Shown: positions 24,408 to 36,356 of the stretch, in pieces
Layout: each line of letters begins with the position of its first letter
How positions within the stretch are numbered: position 1 is the first letter of the stretch
DNA from: Basidiobolus meristosporus CBS 931.73
Taxonomy: Eukaryota > Fungi > Basidiobolomycota
Reading direction: 5' to 3'
Assembly (NCBI GenBank): GCA_002104905.1
Contig: MCFE01000032.1
Coordinates: 124,001 to 188,000, forward strand
DNA: 64,000 bases
Translations under genes and position numbers: made by a program
Notes under the pieces: generated by a model
Told to the model about the DNA's origin: nothing
What the model saw: the letters and a program-made list of their open reading frames with translations, nothing else
Databases searched by the model: none

Positions 24408-26616
24408 TTATTGTTGATTGCATTCGTTTGGATTTGCCTTTTGGCTTCGAACGTGGTATTGTTTAGGCTTGGTAGATGGGCTATTAGCGGCAAAACCAAG
24501 CTTGCGGGGATGTGGGCTTTTTATCTTGGGTCCTCCATCGGATTTGACAAAGTGAACATTTTCTTCCTGATCCGAAAACTCATCTTCCTCTAGTTCAGGA
24601 CTGTCCTCTTGATGTGGTTTGGACACCGGTGTAGAGGGTTGGTGTTCGATGGGCTCTTGTTCATCAATAGGCTCGCCAGATTGATCGAATTCGTCAGTCA
24701 TAATGCTTCGAACAGGGCTAGGTTTATTGACTACGACCATATCTTCGTCACTCTCTTCGTCCTCTTGAGCCTCCGAGTTAATGCTGCCAGCTTCATTAGT
24801 GTTGTCAACGGCGGTCAATTCGTCGAATAGTGAACGTGCCTTTGGCAGCATCTTGTCAACAGGTGATTCAGTTAATTTGGGCGCCATTTGCTGGTCGTTC
24901 TCTACATGGTCTGGTGACTTAGTGTGGAGGGTGGTTTGCATTGGCTGAGGCGGGGAGCTTGGCTCTTGCTTCGTCTCTTGCACTCCTCTCGGAATGTGCT
25001 CTTCTTCCAGCGCAGAAAGTTGATTATCTTTCATGATTTTGTGTTTGAGCTTCAATTCGTCCAGCTCAAATTTAACTTGGGCGTTTACCGTTCGTGTGTG
25101 GTCAAGTTCATATTCACGTTCGTGCAATAGCCCCTCCAGCTCCATGATCTTCTCATCCAGACTCAGCTTGAGCATTTGTCCGGTCCGTAATTCGCGACGA
25201 AGCGATTCAGTTTCGTCACTAAGTTGGTCAACTCGTAAGCGAAGACAATCGATGAGCTCATTCTTCTCGTCGAGAGATCCACCGTTCTGTCCGTTGGTAT
25301 TTCCCTGATGTGAGCCAGAGACGGCATACTCAAACTGGTCCAGATCCGATGACCTCTCCAGCTGCGAGATTCTGTTCATAAGCATCTTGTTCTCACTTTG
25401 GGTTTGTCCTAGGGCTTGTTCCAAGCGTCTCATCTTCTCTTCATTGGAGCGGTTGTGTGATAGCTGGGTGAGGCGAGAGATGTGGTTCTTCATTCGCTCT
25501 TGTTGATGAATGGTCATAGTGTGAGCCTTAAGCAAGCCAGCGTGCTTCTGACTAAGATGCTGATGTTTGTTTTCGAGTTCTTGTCGACGGTCCTCCACCT
25601 CGTCGAACAGCGTTACCCCTGCTCGATCAGGTCCTTTCTGGCTTTCAGGCTCAATAACAGAGATTCTGTTTTCTAAAGCCATAATAGTTTCCCTAGCCTC
25701 CTCTAATGCATAGGTAGCTGAGCTGAGCTCGTTGTTTTGCTCTTGGTATTGATCCTGAAGGGAATGGTACTCCTCCATTTCTTCTTCAAACCGCATCAAC
25801 TTTTCTTGAAGTATATTGTTTTCGGATATAACGGCAAAAAGCTTTGCCTCCAGCTCCTGCTTATTTGTGGACAGTGCCTTTACGGTGCATTCCAGATCAT
25901 GGGCAAGTATTTGCACCTTCTCCAATTGCTCGTCCTTGCCATCAAACTTCTTTTTACCCTTGATAAGTTCGTTTTTCTCATTTGCCAGTCTCTTATTGTT
26001 TTCTTCCAAATCATCGTTTCTTCGCAGTTGATTTTCCAGCTCCTTGGTTACGGCTAAGAGCTGAGCCTCGGCCTGCTTGACTTTCTTATCACTTTCTCTG
26101 TCATTATCGCCAGCCTTTTGCAAGGTTTGCTCTAACCTTTCCTGTAAATCGAGGTTGCTTCTTTCAAGCTCGGCAAGTTGCGAGTATAGCTCGTTCCGCT
26201 CGTTCTCCCACTTGGCAGAGGAGTCTGGAGTCTCAAATGCTTCTCCGTCCAAGGCGGTGCGTTCTCTCAAAGCCTGCATTGCCAACTCATACTCCAACTT
26301 GAGCTTATCGTTACTCTCCAATAAACTTTGCCCTATTTCAGCAGCGAGAATGATGTCTAGAAATAGACTCGTTGTTACGATGATTGCTTGCTATTCTCTT
26401 TAACCAAAGACCCAATTACCTTTGTCTTTTTCCTTTAGCATGCGGTAGGCATCCCGAAGGCGGTGTCTCAACTCAAGCTCAGTTTAGCCGATTGATAAAG
26501 GGAGTACTTGTTGGGCTGTCGCTGTAACGAGGTGTGCCAGTATGGCGTGATAAAGGTGTACGCAGCGGTGAATCATAATTCGGATTTAAATTAGAGGGAC
26601 GACTGGGAGTTGCCAT
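24408..26616 (-). CDS. SPDL1: Spindly-like dynein/dynactin adaptor; one intron, apparent 1-nt frameshift near 26484
   Basis: CC1-box IILAAEIGQSLLE, coiled coil, Spindly motif TLFDEVEDRR, C-terminal CaaX-like CNQQ*. Confidence 0.8.
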
Positions 26617-26807
26617 CGACATGGTTGAGAGAAGAATAAACCTGAGTGAAGAGCTCCTCGGCTCTGGTATCCACTGTTATGTTTTTGGAACTGTTTATTT
26701 TGTTTTGGAACAACCAATAGCAACGAGGCCACGGATTGGTTCTCATAACTTATATTTATTCACTATTATGATCAATAGGACCGCTTTGGAAACCATTTAT
26801 GCATCGT

Positions 26808-28337
26808 TCATTGGATACTAGTGGCAAGCATTAGAAAACACAAAGTTGAGAGGGGAGGAGAAAATGAGCCGCCAGTGGATCGATGCGACTCTATCCGGCT
26901 GTTAGCCAGTAAAGGAGGTGTATCAATGGTCGAGGTGGAATAAAGCTCCCTGGTTGCAGCCTGCAACACTCGCTCTCGGATCTCATCTGGATATAGTCTT
27001 GTTGAAGCGGCAGACAATATCAATGCAACTATTCCTGTGACATGAGGAGCAGCAAATGATGTTCCAGAGAGCACGGCGTAGGCAGCTAGTGGAGCCAATG
27101 TAGGAGGATGTTATCATTTCCCCTGGAGCATACAATGTTACGCATTCTCCGCGATTTGAAAATGTGGAGATCCTATCATCACTTCTGGTAGCACCAACTG
27201 TGATGACGCTAGGGGCCGAGGCAGGCGAAACATCGCAGGAATCCTGGCCTCGACGCCCATCTCCGTTCCCAGCTGCCGCCTGTCAAGCAGTTAGGTCAAG
27301 TCTTGGGAATATATAGTATAAATAATCCATTGTGGATTTTGAGACAGACGCACCACTACCACGATTCCAGAGAGACTTACTTCTTCGATCACCTCGTTAA
27401 TTATCCGATAGTAATCCATCCCTAGAGACATGCTCGAGGCAGCAGTTTCTATGAGCTTTGATGTGTTGGTATTTCAGATCTACTGATACATACTTTATGA
27501 CTGTTTTTTTGGTCTCCTTGTTTCGATGTTCTTGTTGCACGAACAACACACCAAGAATCACGCCAGTCAACATTCCTCCTCCGAACTCGTTGAGCACCTA
27601 ATCTACAGGGAGTCAGTATTGTCACTGTGGATTTATCAGGCAAATGGGTTTTACTCGCTTTGACTGCGTGAAGGTTTGCTTTTTTGGCTACGCCGTATGT
27701 CTTGCCGCCTATGATACCTGCAACAAATGTTCCGTGGCCATTGGCATCAATACTGGGCCCATTAATAACTGTCTTCCCCCATGTTGCTCTTCCTTCGAAT
27801 TCCTCGTGGTCGGTAAATATCCCCCTATGAGTGAAGGTGTGACTTAGAAGAGCGCATTGTATGCAATATGCAGCTTTCATACGTGTCGAGAATATAGACA
27901 TCAACCCCTTCACCACCGTCGTCTAGGTAATTGAACTGGCCATCTAATGGGAGTGAAGCCTGGTCTAGTCTATCTAGCCCCTAAACGCCAATAATCAGTG
28001 GTGTTCGAGTTGAAGCTCTTGAATAAATATTGATTACCCAACTAGGGGGGTTTCTCTCAAGGCCTTGATGCTGTATGGGTCTATCAATTTCTATATATTC
28101 GACAAGGGAGTTGCTCTTTAGCATAACCAGGTCTTGGCTGGAATATTCGCCGATGAGAAAGTGGAAATTCGCACTAATCGAGTATAGTCTCGTGTCCTTG
28201 GCGGTTGTGGCGTTCTGAATCCATTGTTGGTCGGGCAGTTCCTTCAGTTTGACAAAGTATTTCGGGTTAGTTTGGCCGTTGACCTTCCAGAGGTGCATAA
28301 GGCACCAACATAGATATATGTTAAGCAGCAGATTCAT
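26808..28337 (-). CDS. Secreted subtilisin-like serine protease (S8, proteinase-K type) with I9-like propeptide; multi-exon
   Basis: Signal peptide; catalytic D (VYILDTG), H (NGHGTFVAG), S ([10 protein letters not shown]); oxyanion AAGN. Confidence 0.92.
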
Positions 28338-28559
28338 AACTGGTGACCATTCCAATAAATCTCTTTTTATATAGCGTGAATATCTCCTACATGCGGCACT
28401 CTGTGTGCCAATTGTCCGATCGTAGAGTACCTGATTTCATACTGAAGCCACTGGTTGCCACACATGGCAAATCGTGATGAGGATATTGATTGGACCCTCG
28501 GCTCGAATTTATACAAAGCACAAGAAAATGTTTTATCTTGCTTCGTGTAAAGTTTAGAA

Positions 28560-29525
28560 ATGCTACGTAGGTGTTGGCCCAGCATACATAGGAGTTTGGG
28601 TGAAGTTCCTGGAAACTCTCCTTTCTCAAGACCCTTGCTTCAAATTTCCAGAGGCTTCACCTCAAGCAGTTGTGCTCCACAAAAGGCCTCAGATTACTTT
28701 GCTTTAAAAAACAAGCCAGAAAACCTCCGATACTTTGACTTTTCCAAGCTTCCCCCCAGTCAAGAATACAGTAGGGATGATTTCTTGGTTTTCCCAGAGT
28801 TTGTCACCGAAGAGGAACATCAATTTTTGATTAAGCAGACCGAGAAAAAGTTGAAACGTGTAGCCGGGCCTAGCTACCTGGAAGGGCACTTCGATGGTGT
28901 AATTAAAAATTACCGCGAATGTACGGCCACTCACTGGGGTGGCGAAGATGAAAGGATGAATTCAATCTTGCAGCGTGTTAAAGCCATCTTTCCTGATGAG
29001 TACCAATGGCTCCCTCCTCATATCTTAGGTTGGTATACATATAATTATCTCCACTTTCCTGTCTCTAACATGGTACAATACGCTACCAGACTTGCATGCT
29101 GAGGGTTGGATAGGTCCCCATGTGGATAATTTAGAAGCCTCGGGCAATGTTATCACCTGCCTTAACCTGATGGGCTCTACCATGTTCAAAATGGAGCACA
29201 TAAGGACAATCCAGCATTCACTTTGAAGTCTTGGTGAATCCAAGAACACTGTATATTCAAAGGTATACTTATTTTTGTGGAATTCATTGAAAGGGAAAGC
29301 TCTAATACGTTGAATGTTGAAAAGAGATAGCATTCGTTACAGCTTTGCGCATTCGATTCCCAACACCCCCGACACTCGACTCTTTAAGGGGGAGCCTGTT
29401 CCTCAAGCAAGGCGTATTGGCTTGTTGTTAAGAGTATGGTATTTCTTGTTTGTCAATACAGTGGGCCATTTACTCACAACCACTTTGCATAAACTTAGGA
29501 TACCAAAGCCAGTAATCCCTACTGA
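28560..29525 (+). CDS. ALKBH7: ALKBH7-like 2-oxoglutarate/Fe(II) dioxygenase; apparent frameshifts near 29202 and 29227
   Basis: Mitochondrial presequence-like N-terminus, FVTEEEH, YLEGHFDGVIKNYRE, HILDL...GPHVDN, RYSFAHSI, RRIGLLLR. Confidence 0.82.
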
Positions 29526-29830
29526 CATTGATGAAGTCACGTTCAATCAATATATCCCAGAACTCAACCTGTTTTCTATATAGAAATGGCATGATTAACG
29601 AAGTGTAAATTATTGGACAAATGAGTCTATAGGGTGCCAAGCCTCATTTCATTACAATTCGCTAAATGTGTTGCATGTGATTTCACAGTTTTCTTTACCA
29701 TACAACCTATTCGTTACTTTACTCTCCCACTCATCAACCACTACCTGATTTCTGAGTCAATACTGTAGCGTTCAATAGATATGACTCTCCTGAATATTAT
29801 TAGGCTCTCCTCCTAAGCTTACCTCAATTC

Positions 29831-30223
29831 ATGTTGACTTTTATTAGTGTTACGAATTTCCTATTATCTCCTTTATCTCTACTTCTTTATGTCTACCAGA
29901 GTTCCCAGGCTACCACTTTCGATGAAGAGAACTTCTTCGAAATGTATCTTGCTGGAAATTCTCTAGCTGGATATAACACGTCTATGGAATCCCTGGCGGA
30001 ATTGACCAGTCCTTTACCCGAGGGATTAATAAAAAGTTTGCCTATTGTTGCTGAAAGCCAAAATGCTGAATATATTTGCGCCATTTGTCGAGATGACTCC
30101 GAGGCTCCAGACTATCGGAGGAGAAAACTGCCTTGCCAGCATATCTTTCACGAAGACTGTCTATTTCCATGGTTGAAACAAGTCAACAGCTGCCCGCTCT
30201 GTCGGAGTAAAGTTGGAAATTAG
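29831..30223 (+). CDS. Small RING-H2 E3 ligase (RNF181/RNF126-like), intronless
   Basis: CAIC...[26 protein letters not shown]; hydrophobic N-terminus. Confidence 0.85.
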   Translation: MLTFISVTNFLLSPLSLLLYVYQSSQATTFDEENFFEMYLAGNSLAGYNTSMESLAELTSPLPEGLIKSLPIVAESQNAEYICAICRDDSEAPDYRRRKLPCQHIFHEDCLFPWLKQVNSCPLCRSKVGN

Positions 30224-30520
30224 GCCCATATGTAAATTTGTAACATACCACAACCCTCAGTTCTTCTGTTGAAATCACAGTAATAAACATCTGAAGATTT
30301 CAACTGCTCCACACATTTTCTAAGAAGGACTGATATGAAACAGGTAAATATGGCACCATTCCGCCCAATCCGTTCCAGACGAGATGAGATCGCACATAGA
30401 ACCCGCGATGCTCCGATGGCCTAGAACCATATACGATTTCGAGCCTATATAAAATGCAATCACGCATCAGCGTAGCCATCACCCAACCTATCATTAACAT
30501 TTCATAACCCAAGCAATCTA

Positions 30521-30883
30521 ATGCCCGTTCTAATCAGCGCTATAGTGCTCTCATCTATATGCACCTTTCTTCCTATCTCGCTCTATCTACTCAAAAGTCA
30601 CATGATAGATAAAGGCGACACCCGGAGATTTCATGATCCATCTGCCATTCACCTAAAACGCAAACTGGCCTCACAACAAGCTATGATCAATTTGCCAGTG
30701 ATCTCGTCGGCTCAAATGGAGAGCCATGTTTGCTGCATATGCTGTGACCATTTCGACTCCCATGTAATAAGGAGAATGCCCTGTGGACATTGCTTTCATC
30801 AGGATTGTATCTTCTCCTGGCTGCTAGTGTCTAATACTTGCCCACTTTGCAGATACGAAATGGAGACCATCCGACTTATTTGA
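30521..30883 (+). CDS. Small RING-H2 E3 ligase (RNF181-like), intronless
   Basis: CCIC...MPCGHCFHQDCIFSWLLVSNTCPLCRYEM; N-terminal transmembrane-like segment; TATATAAAA at 30446-30454. Confidence 0.85.
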   Translation: MPVLISAIVLSSICTFLPISLYLLKSHMIDKGDTRRFHDPSAIHLKRKLASQQAMINLPVISSAQMESHVCCICCDHFDSHVIRRMPCGHCFHQDCIFSWLLVSNTCPLCRYEMETIRLI

Positions 30884-31329
30884 ACCATCAATCTAGGCTC
30901 CTCAGTATATATGATATGCCATTACACATGTACAAAGTTAATAAATCCTGTATCACTACCCTTTCACTTCACAGCAATGAGGATTGAAAATTTTCCCCCT
31001 TTGAACGAGGGTTACAGTTGTCGCTTAAGCAGCAAGGACTCCACCATATGCATAGATTGGGATGCTTATTTGAAGGGCTTTTGTCGTCTTTAATGAGAAG
31101 GGTTACTGTATTTACCAGGCTTAGAAGGATTATGCTATGTACGAGGATTAGGAGGCTTTAAAGTGATATTAAGTGTATTTAACTATATATTTGGCATCAA
31201 AGATTGAAGGGTAGGAAATAATCAACATGTCAAAGCATTTACAAAGTGAAGATATGTACATGTCAGCAATATACAGGGAGCCGGTCTCAACATCAGCACG
31301 ATCGAATTCACAAAGAGGAAAAGACTCCT

Positions 31330-31716
31330 CTATTCATGCTCTTTCTCGAGCTCACCCCGACAAAGAGGGCACGCATTGGTGATGTCGAGCCAGGAAAATA
31401 TACACTTCTGATGGTACATATGCCCGCATGGTAACTGGCGTATCACATAGTGATGGTGATCGCTCAGCTGCTCTAGACATATGGCACATGTATCGTCCAC
31501 AGCACACTGCACGACTGGGAGGTTATGTTTGGCAGCTGTAGCCGGCGGATTAATCTTGGTTGGAGAGCAGAGCCAAGGCGGGATTTCCAGTTCCATATTG
31601 TCAAAGTTTATATCGAATAGGAGGTCGCTGGTTAACTCCAGGAGATTTGTGAATACAGAGAGCATTCGGCTTACACTTGAGGAAATAAGGTTAGAGTTTT
31701 GAGGTAGGAAATTCAT
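31330..31716 (-). CDS. Small RING-H2 E3 ligase (RNF181-like), intronless
   Basis: PPA...LPVV pre-RING motif, CAIC...LPCGHMYHQKCIFSWLDITNACPLCR; TATAAAA ~35 bp upstream. Confidence 0.85.
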   Translation of the reverse strand: MNFLPQNSNLISSSVSRMLSVFTNLLELTSDLLFDINFDNMELEIPPWLCSPTKINPPATAAKHNLPVVQCAVDDTCAICLEQLSDHHHYVIRQLPCGHMYHQKCIFSWLDITNACPLCRGELEKEHE

Positions 31717-32533
31717 TTGAGTACAGCAATGGGAGTCAATCTCTCTGGTTTTTATAAGCTAAACAGTCAAGAAGATCTCATGGTCACTATAGACGCATGA
31801 TGACCCTTATGGATATTGTTTCAATCAAGATTTATTCCAGGTCCACCCCTTCAGGCCATTTAGCAACTAAATTGTAGCCCAAACAAAAATAAGCCCACTT
31901 GCGCCACCTTTTTCGAAAGTATCTTAGCAACTCCGGGCCTCTAAATGGAAATCTGTCTTAAACCCAACCTTTCTATATTTGTTATAGCAAGGGTTTGGCC
32001 GTCCCATCACGTGCTTCCGATGGAACGAAAATCACGGAATTTTCCACGGTCATCACGCACGGAACTAGAATGCGATAGTTTAGGACTAATAACTGATCTC
32101 GAACACGAATTTAACCTTGGTGACTCCAAACCATTTACGGGAATAATTTCGGACATTAATAGAGATCTTCGCTCTCTTAGCCATTGTGCACCCTTGTCTA
32201 TAACTCCATGGAGTCTGGCAAGAGCCCGCTATGCTAATAAAGGGAAAAATCTAGGTTGACTTCATCCAAGGAGCCTTTTAGACCCTTGGCTAGTATTAAC
32301 TTCCCTTATCCGGCCACATTCAACTCTACATGTGATTTCAATAATGCGAATTCCATCACAGAAATCGTCATGACTATTCCAATTTAATGCGAATCACATT
32401 TCCGATGTTGTCTAGCTCTTGGGCGGTTAGCTTTAAACTGCTGATCGGTCAGCGGAGTTGTGATGAGCATTCAATGGGCCTTAATTAAGCCAGATTATTT
32501 GCATGTATGTATGTACAAGTGCTTACATGTGTG

Positions 32534-32632
32534 AAAATTATGTTCTGATACACCGATTTCTCTGTAAAAATTATGTTCTGATACACCGATTTCTCTGTAT
32601 GAAAATTATGTTCTGATACACCAATTTCTCTG
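32534..32632. repeat. Three tandem ~33-bp repeats (AAAATTATGTTCTGATACACCGATTTCTCTGT)
   Basis: Near-identical copies at 32534, ~32567 and 32602, no unique spacers. Confidence 0.95.
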
Positions 32633-32807
32633 ATTGTATGTTTGTACCATGACAATATGAAATAGTTAATTACATATCGATCACTGGTCACAATGAAATT
32701 CGAGGGCCTACGAATGTGTCCCCTCTTTGTTAATTGTCCGAGTACACTAGAGCCAATTTGATGAACATCCATTTTGTCCGGCAGTACTAGCTCCGAAGCA
32801 ATCCAAC

Positions 32808-35800
32808 ATGAGCTCTCTGAGAGATATTTTGAAAAAGCGTAAGCCTCGTCCATAAGTGAGGAACAGTTCAGCAAGATCTGTTTAATGACCTAGCTTTTAG
32901 GCTTCATCAACGTGATTCGCTCGGTAAAACCTTTAGGAAAATGGAAGGTTTTGGTTCTTGATGCGCATTCCGCACATCTCCTATCCAATGCCTGTAAAAT
33001 GTATGACATTCTCGAAGAGAATGTAACATGTAAGCCTCATTTATGCGACTCAAGCTTATTTGTATTTGCTGACTATCAACGTTGCAGTAATTGAAAATAT
33101 CACCAATTCACGACAACCCTTCCCCGACATGGAGGCTATCTATATTTTGTCTCCCACAACATCCTCAGTTTCGCAACTGATCAACGATTTTTCAAAACCA
33201 AGCCCTACCTATGCTGCAGCACATGTGTTCTTCATCAGTGGTAACTATTGTTTAGTTTGCACCATTTACCCTTCGATGGATTTTATTCAAATACAATCAA
33301 CAGGCCTTGAAGATAGAAATTTCGATAGTATTTCCCAATCTAAAGCCATGAAACACATAAAAACTCTTAAAGAGCTTTACTTGGATTTCACTGGTAAGTG
33401 TTTGATCACTTGCTCATGCGGTTGCTGTAGATTAATATACATTTTGCATCAACAGCTTTCGAGTCTAGAGTATATACTCTTGAATCTCCCTCCAGCTTTT
33501 TCACACTTTATTCTCCGACTTCAACTCGGCAAGCCTCGATCGAGCTGCAGAATATAGCCAAGCGTGTACGTATCTTGGAATCATCTGCAAGACTCCATCA
33601 TGATAATAACGCTCCCTCCTACTAGTTGGTTTCTGTTTGCGCATCTTTAGATGTCAAACCTATTATTCGTTATTTTTCACCTGAAGTAGAAACAAATCAG
33701 AGCATCATCTCGTGCAAACTTGGGATGCTACTTCAAGCAGAGATGGACTTCTATTGTAAGAATCAACAGGATTTCCCCGTATGTATAATCGATTTTCAAT
33801 GGAATTGGGAACATCTACTCATTCGAACCAGTCAAACAAAAGCGATGCACAAAGCTTGTTTCTTGTTTTGGATCGTACTATCGATATGAAAGCGCCATTG
33901 CTTCATGAGTTTACCTACCAAGCAATGGCCAACGACCTTCTAGAGATCAAAAATGGGTCGAAATATCAGTTGGTTTATTCGTTTACCTCCAAGCATCCCT
34001 CCAGATGATATTGACTTTGATGCACTACCAGGTACAAATACACTACAGGATCTGATGCTATTGCTGACAGAGATGTCGTATTGAACGAAGAGGATGATCT
34101 CTGGACTGAGATTCGCCACAAGCACATTGCCACGTGCATCGAACACCTTATCACCAACTTCAAATCACTTGTTGGTGAGAATAAGGCACTGGGAGGCTTG
34201 AACTCTAACAAGTACTTGGCATTCAATTACCATTTCCAAACGAGCCATCAACTCTAATTATTACCCATCAAGCCAAGCAGCCAACCTTCGAAAACTCAAG
34301 GACATGATGAGCTCACTTCCTCAATTTCAAGAACTGAAGGAAAAGGTCAGTGAACACTCCGAATTTATTGAACGAATCCCGTCTAATCGGACTCTTAGTA
34401 CTCTGTCCATCTGAGCATTGCCCAGGAGTGTATGGCGATTTTCGATAGATATAAGTTGGGTGATATCGCCGGTGTGGAGCAGGTGATTTCAATCGAGTCG
34501 AAACGTTGTATCACACACGATAGCTAACCAAGTCGCTCAGGATATGGCTACTGGGACAAACGCACAAGGGGAAGCAGTCAGAAATATTATGGTTGACATG
34601 GTGCCTATATTATCCTCGGCTGAAATCATGTACGCACACATTCCCTCATAGCATGTGACATTTCAACCTAATTGCCCTTGTATACTTCTACAGCCCCAAC
34701 GACAAACTTCGCCTGATTCTTTTATATATGATCACCTATGGAAATGTAAAATCCGAGGATTTACGTCGCCTTAGAATGCACGCCAAACTAAGCGACAGAG
34801 ATGCTGAAGCAATGGAAAACCTAGCATATTTCGAAGGGTCATTAAGAAATGTATATGCCTCCACGGAATTTCTCCCTTCTCTACATTACTAAATACTAGA
34901 TCCAGGTGACATGCCCACAAGAAAAATCCACCCGTCGATTCAATTTCTTCTCGAGAAAAACCGAAGAACCGGAAGATGTTCCGTATGAACTTTCAAGATT
35001 CGTCCCCAATATCAAGAAGATTGTTGAGGTATTCCTACCTGCCGCATATGCCATTATCTACTCTCAAGCTAATTCCGATTTTTATTCACAGCGTGCGATT
35101 CAGAACAACCTCGACTCCACATTGTATCCGTTTGTATCTGAGCCTGAGGGCGTGAAGCCTCAGGCCGAGCCCAAATTCACCGCAACATCGCTGCGAAGGT
35201 ATTGTTTAAATTTCGCCATATGAGTCCGTTAGATACACAGATGCCAACCATGTCGTAATGATAGCGCGAAAGGGAATTGGCAGCGTAGCAATCAACAGAA
35301 TCTCGTCAGTATCTCGAAGTTTTTCGAATAGTGTCCGGCAGTAGCTAATTTTCCCAATATGTACAGGCCACATCTCCCACGGGAAAAATCATTCTCTTTG
35401 TTGCTGGTGGCTTGACTTACTCCGAGATCCGGTCCATATATGAACTTGCCAATGCTACCAAGCGAGAGATATACATCGGTAAACATAAGAGCTCTAATAT
35501 TCAAGAGCTGCATGTCGTTAACTGAACTTAACATCCCAACCACAGGCACAACGCATATTATCAACCCTATACAGTTCGTTCAAGATCTCAGTAACCTTCG
35601 CTCACCAAACATCCATAACCCAGTACCGGACTTTGGTGACTTGAAAATCAATACTCAGGCTGCCCCACCTATGCGCCAACAACAGCTGCAACAACCCCTC
35701 ACACACCCGACCAGCAACAATGACAACAAGCTAGACACCTCAAAATTGACCCCTCCAAACTCGCAACACAGTAAATCCTCCTTCAGCAAAAAAGCCGGGA

Positions 35801-35829
35801 AGAAGTTGCTCTCGAAATTTGGGTTCTGA
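32808..35829 (+). CDS. SEC1: Sec1/Munc18 (SM) family protein Sec1; many short introns
   Basis: KWKVLVLD, RQPFPDMEAIYILSPT, LDRTIDMKAPLLHEFTYQAMANDLL, PYELSRFVP. Confidence 0.93.
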
Positions 35830-36356
35830 TCAGAGTTCTCTACACCCAACCGCATAGCATAGCATATCATGACTTAGATGCACTCTTTTCTGAACAAGAT
35901 GAATCCATTTAATATTTCAATATCTGTTTTACTAAGCTTTTCTCCTTGATTTTTCTTTACAAAACACTGCAACTCGATCGTTCAAAATAAAGGGATGCTT
36001 AATTATCTTATGTAATCAAGATACTCATGCGGAGGTTTCAGGGATAACGAGCGATCGGAATCCGGATAAATCTACGATGATGCAAAGATTGATTAATGAT
36101 ATATACATATGCGTAAGGATGGGGATGTGCACCGAATTTATGTACGTATATTGTACGTATATATATATATGCATTTGTATGTTGATAAGCGATTCGAGAA
36201 AAATTGGAAATTTCTCGGATTCTACGCGATTAGTTGAACGGAATCAACCTTTTGGGGTGGACATCCGAAGAGGGAAATGTTTATTTACAAAGTACAATGT
36301 ATAGTACCGACTACTATTAGTATAATTAGATTAATATGATGTTTAGGTTTCTAGCG

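Noticed and set aside
32534-32632. CRISPR-like appearance of 32-33 bp direct repeats
   Set aside because: No unique spacers, no cas genes, eukaryotic context; it is a simple tandem repeat.
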